Below are positions 26,954-33,770 of a DNA stretch of 37,968 bases, piece after piece (the stretch's first letter is position 1; each line of letters starts with the position of its first letter). This DNA comes from a virus: the IMG/VR virus record IMGVR_UViG_3300045988_169084, one strand, 5' to 3'. The position numbers were made by a program, and so were the translations under genes. A model generated the notes under the pieces. The model did not search any database. It was not told the DNA's origin and saw only the letters and a list, made by a program, of their open reading frames with translations.

Positions 26954-27451
26954 CTATCTAACTATCTCTCTCATCTCAAACTCAACCGCCTGCCAGTCAA
27001 CATTAACGTGCGGACCAATCGCCTCTTTGCTCATAAATTTCCACGCAAACAACACCAAATCTGTACTATCCCTACCTCCATACTTCTTATACAACCACCT
27101 AGCCTTCCCCTTAATCCGGTACTTCGTCCTGCTCCGCAATACATAAAACTTACACGTCTCCACTCCATCAACCACATCATCCCCAGCAGAAACCCCAGCA
27201 GGCCTAATCCCATTCAGGTTCTCAACTCCCCTCAGCTTAGAACCCTCATAAACCAATTTATATTTCTTACTCAAATACCTCTTCTTCTCTTCCAATTTCC
27301 CGTCCCTCTCGTATATGTCATACGCCCTCCTAACATTCAAACTACATCTCCCGTACTTCTTCCACCCCATCAGCAAGTAATACAACTCCTGCTCAAATTT
27401 CCTAACTCCCTTCCCCTCTACCTCCAACCGCGCCTCATTACTTATCCCCAT
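26954..27451 (-). CDS. hypothetical Lys/Gly-rich protein (165 aa); terminase small subunit candidate by position only
   Basis: A stop-free 165-codon frame in a cytosine-depleted (A/G/T-rich) strand, where stops should be frequent. Confidence 0.4.
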   Translation of the reverse strand: MGISNEARLEVEGKGVRKFEQELYYLLMGWKKYGRCSLNVRRAYDIYERDGKLEEKKRYLSKKYKLVYEGSKLRGVENLNGIRPAGVSAGDDVVDGVETCKFYVLRSRTKYRIKGKARWLYKKYGGRDSTDLVLFAWKFMSKEAIGPHVNVDWQAVEFEMREIVR

Positions 27452-27950
27452 AATTCCCCCCTTTCAACAATTCACTAAGCTCACTCCCCATCTCCTCTTC
27501 ACTACCCCCTCCATTCCCAAGCCACCCCTTCATCCTTATAAACATGCTCAACGCCTGCAACTGGTCCTTACCACTCACTCCTTCCCCCCTTCCCATCTTA
27601 CTCAACAACCGCTCCACCTCTCCCCTACTCAACACCCCAACTTCTCCATCATCCCCTAAATCCATATTCAGCCCATCCTTCAACTCCCTCTTCAACATCT
27701 CTAACAACTTCTCCTCATTCCTCCTCATTTCATCCTCAAAATATTCATCCCTCTCCCCTAACAAATCACGACTAATCTCTCCATAGCTCTTCCTTCCCAA
27801 CAACACCAACAACATCCCTCTCAACTCCACCATCCCTACCTTCAACCCATAACCAAGCCTCTCTAACTCCTTCTCCCTCTCTTCACTCTCTTCACTCTCC
27901 AACAACCAGACAATATGCCTCTCAAGCTCTTCCGATAATTCTTCTCTCAT
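27438..27950 (-). CDS. hypothetical highly acidic protein (170 aa) encoded by an essentially cytosine-free sense strand
   Basis: 170 stop-free codons where chance predicts about 9% stops per codon. The protein has 0 Pro, 0 Thr, 1 Ala, 1 His and 2 Gln. First gene of the leftward operon. Confidence 0.4.
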   Translation of the reverse strand: MREELSEELERHIVWLLESEESEEREKELERLGYGLKVGMVELRGMLLVLLGRKSYGEISRDLLGERDEYFEDEMRRNEEKLLEMLKRELKDGLNMDLGDDGEVGVLSRGEVERLLSKMGRGEGVSGKDQLQALSMFIRMKGWLGNGGGSEEEMGSELSELLKGGNYGDK

Positions 27951-28086
27951 CTCAAAAACATATATAAATCATCCTCTCATCATTGTCTATGCTTTTTTCC
28001 CATAAAGCCCCAACACAACAAAACTACAAATCCTCTCATATTCTCTACATATACTATACTCCTTCTCTTTTCTCAGATTTTTCTTA

Positions 28087-28428
28087 CTCGAGGGACCCTT
28101 CTTCGTGCGCTTGACGCCGCCGCCGCTTTTCTCCCGCCGGCCCCCTCGAGACCCCCTCCAGTGGTCCCCCTAGGGGTGGGGTTATCGTCTCGGCTACGCT
28201 AAGAGGGGTGAGCTGGAGAGGTCGAGCGTCAGGCGTTGCGGTGCGTGGTGCGTGGTGTTGCGTGGTCTATCATGTTGTTGGCGTCACCAAGATGATGATG
28301 ATGATTTGAAAAAAATGTGACGAGTTGACAAAAAAAGCTTGCAATGGTGAGAGAAAATTGACACAAAGAGTGCATCAAGTGAGGGGCACGACGCCTCGAA
28401 CGACGACAACCGACAACCAAAAACAAAC
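28087..28428. promoter_or_regulatory. GC-rich divergent control region (candidate early/late promoters, origin and/or pac site)
   Basis: Lies between the first leftward gene and the first rightward gene. Contains an inverted repeat with ctcgag ends (28087-28092 / 28145-28150), the perfect palindrome cccctagggg (28167-28176), a GGTGCGT tandem (28242-28257), (GAT)5 (28293-28307), and two TTGACA hexamers (28327-28332 and 28360-28365). Confidence 0.5.
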
Positions 28429-28755
28429 ATGAAAGTGACCATTAACAAACTAGCATCAAAGCGCCTCTTAGAGGCATTTGCCAAAGTCGGAGCTTGCAGG
28501 ACCGAGGAGCAAGCCGAGGCTCGCATGTCAAAGCTCTTAGGCGTGCCAGTGCATGTGATCTACTACCGCTCGGAAGAGATCACGGAGATAGACATGAGGG
28601 CGGCGACTGGAGAAGGGAGCCTGTTCCCGGCTCGCGTGAGCGTCGAGGGAAGCGTGCCGTTGTACAAACTGGCGGCGCTTGTGAAGGATGCCTTGCCTAC
28701 CTTAGCCGTTGGAGTGGTGACCTACAACAACCACATGCAACCCTCTATCAACTAA
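28429..28755 (+). CDS. hypothetical early protein (108 aa)
   Basis: First ORF of the rightward arm, with a CA-rich leader. Confidence 0.5.
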   Translation: MKVTINKLASKRLLEAFAKVGACRTEEQAEARMSKLLGVPVHVIYYRSEEITEIDMRAATGEGSLFPARVSVEGSVPLYKLAALVKDALPTLAVGVVTYNNHMQPSIN

Positions 28756-28791
28756 TTATTAACAATCAACGAAACAAGGAGAAAAACGAAA

Positions 28792-29058
28792 ATGAACAAG
28801 AAATATATCTATCGCTGGACGGCCAAAGCGGCCGACTGGTCAACGTACAAAATGTGCTACGAACTGGCAAAGACGGAACGAGGCGCTTTGGTTGCGGCTC
28901 ATCGTTGGTGCGACGACAACCTGTTGCACGGCATGGGAGCGGATCACATTGCTATAGTTGAGTGCAAGATTGACGACGGCGACATATCTGGTCCGTGGCA
29001 AGAGGTGAGGGCGCAAAGGCGTCGTCCTTACGGTGGACGGTGGATTGAAATCCTCTAA
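28792..29058 (+). CDS. hypothetical early protein (88 aa)
   Basis: AGGAG SD. ORF with normal composition. Confidence 0.5.
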   Translation: MNKKYIYRWTAKAADWSTYKMCYELAKTERGALVAAHRWCDDNLLHGMGADHIAIVECKIDDGDISGPWQEVRAQRRRPYGGRWIEIL

Positions 29059-29072
29059 CTTACGAAGGAGCT

Positions 29073-29264
29073 ATGAAAACCGCCGCTATCATCGCGCTTG
29101 GAGTTGTAAGCCTAGTAGGCTTTGCCGCTATCATCCGTAGCGTGTGGCTAGACTACACGTACAGACACGCACCGCTGGGCAGTGTGATAGTCATTGCCGT
29201 GTCATTGACAGTCATGATCTGCATCACGCTGATGACACTAATCACGCTGGTTATCAACAATTAA
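29073..29264 (+). CDS. small two-TM membrane protein (63 aa)
   Basis: Two hydrophobic helices. The stop codon lies inside the TTAACAATCA motif. Confidence 0.5.
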   Translation: MKTAAIIALGVVSLVGFAAIIRSVWLDYTYRHAPLGSVIVIAVSLTVMICITLMTLITLVINN

Positions 29265-29302
29265 CAATCAAAAACATTAAACATTTAAAGGAGAAAAGAG
29301 AA

Positions 29303-29644
29303 ATGATGATAAAACTCGTTAACCCCGATTGCGATGCCGCGACGACATGCGGCATCTATGAGTTGCAAGACGGGGAAATAATATTGTACATTGAGTATGA
29401 GACAATTTATAGTATCTCGTTTGTAGGCCTATCTGAGCCTATGAGCGTTGAGGCCGCCATAACCGCGATTAAAAACAACGCACTTGCCGAAATAAAAACA
29501 AGCGGAGAAGAGGGCGAAATCCACAACCTCCCGATGAAACGCTCTTGTGGGGCGCACCGAAATCGAAGAAGACGGCCTGCAAATCTGCTTGTATTTTCCG
29601 AATATGAGCGAGAAGACCCGCGAGAAGTTCGTGGAAGCATTTAA
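29303..29644 (+). CDS. hypothetical early protein (113 aa; start at 29303 MMIKLVNPD..., preceded by AAGGAG)
   Basis: The ORF track lists 29144..29644, but that start overlaps the upstream membrane gene. The SD-associated ATG is at 29303. Confidence 0.45.
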   Translation: MMIKLVNPDCDAATTCGIYELQDGEIILYIEYETIYSISFVGLSEPMSVEAAITAIKNNALAEIKTSGEEGEIHNLPMKRSCGAHRNRRRRPANLLVFSEYEREDPREVRGSI

Positions 29645-29663
29645 CGATTAACAATATACGTAG

Positions 29664-30044
29664 ATGAATTTGGAAATAGATAGATGCGACTTTGAGCGAA
29701 TCGTCAACGCCTTTCACTTGATAGACGCCAAAATCAGTGACCGTGAATTCGTCCTAGACACGATATGGAGCATGGTCGAAGGTTCAGACCTAACATTTAA
29801 CAATTTGGAAGCATGTGTCACCTTGTTAGACGTTTACGATGACGTAGAGGAGTTTGCCTATGACAGACTAAGCGACGAAGAAACTAACGAATTGTTAGAA
29901 GACGTCGGGTCTAATACGCTCCTTAAGATAGCACTGGATAGACTCGTCGATAGGGGAACTATCATGTCTTACAATCTACGAAACGGTGACGCAACTATTA
30001 TATGTGACCTAAACGGTGACGCAACTATTATATGTGACCTCTAA
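29664..30044 (+). CDS. hypothetical acidic protein (126 aa) ending in a duplicated decapeptide NGDATIICDL
   Basis: ORF. The 3' end carries a perfect 30-bp tandem duplication. Confidence 0.5.
   Translation: MNLEIDRCDFERIVNAFHLIDAKISDREFVLDTIWSMVEGSDLTFNNLEACVTLLDVYDDVEEFAYDRLSDEETNELLEDVGSNTLLKIALDRLVDRGTIMSYNLRNGDATIICDLNGDATIICDL
29981..30040 (+). repeat. perfect 2 x 30-bp in-frame tandem duplication (aaacggtgacgcaactattatatgtgacct)
   Basis: Read directly; both copies are identical. Confidence 0.9.
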
Positions 30045-30083
30045 CCTCTAACAATCAACAACAAACAACTATAACAAAACGTT

Positions 30084-30728
30084 ATGAATCAATCAACCAA
30101 ATCAAAAGGAGAAAAAACCTACGACTACAAGGCAGTCATCATCAGGTCATACAACCCACTACAAACCGAAATCATCGAAGGAGAATCGAAGTCAAAAAAC
30201 ATTAAGTGGGCCGCAATCGTCGCCGCTAGAGCAATCGCCACGCATAACGACGTGGACGCCTTAATCCTCCTCTACGACGCGAAAACCGGAAAGCACGTAC
30301 ACTCATCACGCCTCAGAAAGGCATCATGCGCCTCATATCGTGAGCGGATCACTAACCAAGCAAAGTATGCCCGCAAATCGAGAACGCGCGAAATAGAGCG
30401 GCTTTATTGCTATCTCCCTCGCCCCAAAATCATCACCAAAGCAAGCGGCCACAGAAGGCAAACATACTACAAGATTATCATCAGAGAAATCTACATTGCC
30501 AAGTCCGGGAGACTGGCAACTAGGAGTATCCCACGCGAGAACCTACCGGAAGCACTAAGAACCGAAGGCAGGCTCGTCCGAGAATCAAATCTCCAGTCAG
30601 AACTCGACAGGATCATGGCAAACCTCTATTCCCGTAGCTCACTGCCTGACCTCGAACAAGCACAAAAGATTGCAAGCGAATGGCCAAATTTTGAACATAT
30701 CATCAACTTCATCAAAAGATACTGTTAG
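30084..30728 (+). CDS. hypothetical basic protein (214 aa), possibly nucleic-acid binding
   Basis: Arg/Lys-rich ORF. No specific motif recognised. Confidence 0.5.
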   Translation: MNQSTKSKGEKTYDYKAVIIRSYNPLQTEIIEGESKSKNIKWAAIVAARAIATHNDVDALILLYDAKTGKHVHSSRLRKASCASYRERITNQAKYARKSRTREIERLYCYLPRPKIITKASGHRRQTYYKIIIREIYIAKSGRLATRSIPRENLPEALRTEGRLVRESNLQSELDRIMANLYSRSSLPDLEQAQKIASEWPNFEHIINFIKRYC

Positions 30729-30767
30729 AACAAAATCGTAACTACCTAACAACAAGCATAATACGAA

Positions 30768-30810
30768 AGAGGGCCGCCCGTTCATAACTGGTGGCCCTCT
30801 CCTCTTTTCC
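30768..30810 (+). terminator. rho-independent terminator candidate (stem agagggcc/ggccctct, T-rich tail)
   Basis: Hairpin 30768-30800 followed by cctcttttcc, immediately downstream of the 214-aa gene. Confidence 0.45.
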
Positions 30811-31457
30811 ACGTCATAATAAATTTTCTGCTTGCAATGCCACCGATTTTGCTTGACACTGATTGGCGTTCGGATGAACACGCAGTCTTACTTGAGGTGG
30901 GAGGGGTCTGGAGTCCCCCGAACTGGTTCCGGTCGAGGCTTGAGAGCTAATGAGAGGCAGTCTAGGGGAAATGAGAAGAAGAGTAAAGAAGAAAAAAAAT
31001 CAGTATTATCTTTCCGGAGTTTGGATTTGCTAGAAGAGGTTGGCGAAATTAAATGGGAATAGGGAATAGCGAGAGGAATTAGGAATAATACCGATTTTTG
31101 GTGGAGGGTGTAGAGAGTAAGAGAGGCGTGGAAGTAGAGGAGAGGGAGAGGACGAAGAATTGGAGGAGAGTAGTGGTAAGAGAGGTTGTGAGAGGGCAGA
31201 AAAGGGAGGAGTATGGTTTGGAGAGGAATCTTGGGAATGACCTGCATGCCAGTAGGTTATTTTGGGATTTTGGAGTGTGAAAGATGAGGGCTGTTGATTG
31301 GATTTGATGAATTGTTAGTTGGCTTGGAGGAGTTGAGGCGGCGCCCTTAGTTAAGGGTTTGATAAATGGGATGTTTGGTTGGTTTGATGAGGGGAAATTG
31401 GATGAAACGGCGCCATGTTTGATTTTGGAGTTGACGGCTTAGGGAAAAACGTTATAG
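30811..31457 (+). other. ~650-bp non-coding, cytosine-depleted, purine-rich block with short repeats (GGAATA x3; GTTTGAT x4-5; GA-rich tract 31090-31240)
   Basis: No ORF above 76 codons on the plus strand despite the position between plus-strand genes. Composition is near C-free, and repeats are visible by eye. Confidence 0.5.
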
Positions 31458-31949
31458 TTGAAAGAAAACAAAGGAGAACTAGAAATGAAGAAATATGAAC
31501 TGAGCGCATTTGTAAACTTTGATAACTGTTTTGAATCCCAATTCCCGGTTGGGGGGGAAGTTGGGGCGTTAAATAGGGTTTATGGTCATTTAAAGGGGAT
31601 GTGCGCTAGTGGGGATGATGTTCTTTTGGGTGTTAGCTTGGTTGAGGGAGGGCATAGGAGGAGTATGGGTGCGATATGTTTCAAATGGGGGTGTGGGGAT
31701 TGTTTTGATTTGTCGAGGGGTATTAGTCGGTGTGGTGTTTTGGTGGAAGATATGAGCTACTGCTTTTTAACGTATGTTGCTAATGGGACTAACCCGTTGA
31801 TTTATGGGATGCAGTATGTATGGGTTTTTTATAGTGACCGGATTGAGAAGGTGAATAGGATTGTAGCGGATTATTCATTTTCTGATTACCGCTTGCAAGG
31901 CTTATGGTTTTTTGATGAAGAGCATTGTTTTAAAGATGCTTGTAATTAG
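31458..31949 (+). CDS. hypothetical Cys/Gly-rich protein (163 aa) encoded by a C-depleted sense strand
   Basis: AAGGAG SD. The ORF is stop-free in an A/G/T-rich context. Confidence 0.45.
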   Translation: MKENKGELEMKKYELSAFVNFDNCFESQFPVGGEVGALNRVYGHLKGMCASGDDVLLGVSLVEGGHRRSMGAICFKWGCGDCFDLSRGISRCGVLVEDMSYCFLTYVANGTNPLIYGMQYVWVFYSDRIEKVNRIVADYSFSDYRLQGLWFFDEEHCFKDACN

Positions 31950-31981
31950 AAAAAAGAAAAGAAAGAAAGGAAACAATAACA

Positions 31982-32944
31982 ATGGATAAAAAAAGAACGA
32001 TGCAAAGAAGAAATAATAATAATAAAGTAACTTATAGGGTTTTTGTCCTTATAAAATATGAAGATAAGTTGGAAGACTTTTATAAAGAAGAGGCGCTTGC
32101 TAGTTATCCTGATGTTCGTGCATTAGAGGATATGATTAACCGGGTAAAAGAACATGCTATCGATGCTAAGAAAAGAGGTCTTGGCCTAGAGTTCCACATT
32201 AGCGAGGAATATGGTCAGGCGTTTAGAGATATTAAGTTTTCTAAGAACTATTCTGCTGATGAATTGTCGTTGTTGGACCTTGAAAAAGAGTTTGATATTG
32301 ATTCGTATGTTTTTATGCATGATATTATTCAAGCTAGTGGCCGGAGTCGTGGGATTTTTTATCCTGCATATTCAGATTCGCTTAAGGCCGCTGAGGAATA
32401 TATTGAGACATCAGGAATGGACAGCAAGCTTTTCATCACCATATCCTATAATTGCGACGCCCTAAAAAGAATGGAGTTTATCGTTGGTTCTTTTAAATAC
32501 ACTTTCAAAGATAGTAATGTAGTTGATTTGAGCAAGTCCGAAGAAAGCCGTGAGAAGGCTCCAGAAGGCCCTAGCGACGCTTTGGAGGACTTTGGTACCA
32601 AGGAAGACTTGGAAACGCTTCTGGAGGTGATGAGAGGCCTTCGAGACGATGTTAACGGAGAGCTGAATGATTCTTGCGTAGCTGGGGTCCGTTTGGTGAG
32701 TGTGAGAGCAGTGGATGCTCCGGGAGCGGCCAACTATTTTCGGCGGGCTAGGAAGGACATTGATGAGAGGACAGGATTGGTGAGATTGTCGGAGATAGAG
32801 ACTAATGAGCTTTTCGATAAGGAAATAGGAGTTGTTGTTCCCTATCTGTCTTTGAGGGCTTATCTAAAGACCGGAGAAAAGGGGCTGTTCGCGCGTCAAA
32901 TGGAAAAGGCCCAGCGCGAAGTGATGAAGGACTTCGAGAAATAA
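31982..32944 (+). CDS. hypothetical protein (320 aa); replication-associated by position only
   Basis: Large ORF upstream of the recombinase, within the replication-like module. Confidence 0.45.
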   Translation: MDKKRTMQRRNNNNKVTYRVFVLIKYEDKLEDFYKEEALASYPDVRALEDMINRVKEHAIDAKKRGLGLEFHISEEYGQAFRDIKFSKNYSADELSLLDLEKEFDIDSYVFMHDIIQASGRSRGIFYPAYSDSLKAAEEYIETSGMDSKLFITISYNCDALKRMEFIVGSFKYTFKDSNVVDLSKSEESREKAPEGPSDALEDFGTKEDLETLLEVMRGLRDDVNGELNDSCVAGVRLVSVRAVDAPGAANYFRRARKDIDERTGLVRLSEIETNELFDKEIGVVVPYLSLRAYLKTGEKGLFARQMEKAQREVMKDFEK

Positions 32945-33002
32945 TTTCTGGCGGATAGCATATAGGCAAAAAAAATCCCCGTTTATATGTGTAAGCCGTC
33001 CT

Positions 33003-33041
33003 TATCATCATCTATACAAGTAGAGTATAATGCTGCCTCGT
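33003..33041 (+). promoter_or_regulatory. sigma70-like promoter candidate for the recombinase gene (TTATCA - 18 nt - TATAAT)
   Basis: Perfect TATAAT at 33036-33041, about 50 nt upstream of ATG 33090. Confidence 0.35.
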
Positions 33042-33089
33042 TATATTTATATTATGATGCAAATATGTAACATCAAATAATTTCTAAAT

Positions 33090-33707
33090 ATGATTTACGG
33101 GTACATTAGGGTAAGTAGTGACAAGCAAACAGTGGAGAACCAACGCTTTGAAATAAATAATTTCTGCGAGCGAGAGAAAATTAAAATTGATGGTTGGATT
33201 GAGGAAACCATCAGTGGTACTAAGGCATACAATAAACGCCAGTTGGGAAAACTGCTCAGACAAGTACAGAAAGATGACCTTATCATTTGTGCCGAGCTTT
33301 CACGTCTTGGGCGAAATCTCTTTATGATTATGGAGATACTGAATATATGCATGACCAGAGAGTGCCGTGTGTGGACAATCAAAGATAATTATCGTCTTGG
33401 TGATGATATTCAAAGCAAAGTGTTGGCTTTTGCCTTTGGCCTATCTGCGGAGATAGAACGCAATCTTATTAGCCAGCGAACTAAAGAAGCCTTGGCAAGA
33501 AAGAAAGCCGAGGGTGTTGTTCTTGGCCGACCGAAAGGGAAAAAGAATGCTCCTAATAAATATAAGCTTTCTGGCAAAGAAACACTAATAAAGGAGTTGA
33601 TAGCAATTGGTGTATCAAAGCGCAAAATTGCGAAAACATGTAAGGTCGACCGCAATACGCTTGCACGCTTTATCAAAGAAAATTTGGAGCGCTTAATTAC
33701 CGCATAA
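33090..33707 (+). CDS. small serine recombinase (resolvase/invertase family, 205 aa)
   Basis: N-terminal 'MIYGYIRVSSDKQ' with the catalytic Ser in the canonical context, 'LSRLGR', and a C-terminal HTH-like region. Too short for a large serine integrase. Confidence 0.8.
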   Translation: MIYGYIRVSSDKQTVENQRFEINNFCEREKIKIDGWIEETISGTKAYNKRQLGKLLRQVQKDDLIICAELSRLGRNLFMIMEILNICMTRECRVWTIKDNYRLGDDIQSKVLAFAFGLSAEIERNLISQRTKEALARKKAEGVVLGRPKGKKNAPNKYKLSGKETLIKELIAIGVSKRKIAKTCKVDRNTLARFIKENLERLITA

Positions 33708-33770
33708 TAAATCCCCCCCGGCAGTTTGTGGTTTTTCTGCCGGGGGGATTTATTATGCGGTAATTAAGCG
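33690..33770. terminator. bidirectional terminator: ~34-bp near-perfect inverted repeat around a 13-nt loop (inner GC stem ccccccggcag/ctgccgggggg), shared by two convergent genes
   Basis: Read directly. The arms extend into both coding regions, so both proteins end in ...RLITA. Confidence 0.6.

Noticed and set aside
28087-28176. Two XhoI (ctcgag) sites plus an AvrII (cctagg) site within 90 bp, suggesting an engineered cloning cassette
   Set aside because: Six-base palindromes are expected in a GC-rich palindromic control region. There is no vector backbone, marker gene or multiple-cloning-site structure.
29538-29651. A second open frame at the 3' end of ORF 29303..29644 (…NALVGRTEIEEDGLQICLYFPNMSEKTREKFVEAFND*), suggesting a +1 frameshift or indel
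   Set aside because: It is only 38 codons long with no slippery site, and the upstream part of that frame is full of stops. Chance dual openness is plausible. It is worth a look in read pileups but is not supportable as a feature.
29981-30040. Tandem 30-bp repeat as a CRISPR array
   Set aside because: There are only two adjacent identical copies with no spacers. It lies in-frame inside a CDS.
30888-31247. 119-aa minus-strand ORF in the purine-rich block
   Set aside because: The minus strand there is G-free, so TAG and TGA cannot occur. The Pro/Leu/Ser-rich product is a compositional artefact.
32998-33105. TGTA…TACA-ended 29-40-bp segments upstream of the recombinase gene as res/hix sites
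   Set aside because: The half-sites show little internal symmetry beyond the terminal tetranucleotides. I cannot support them without a systematic inverted-repeat search.
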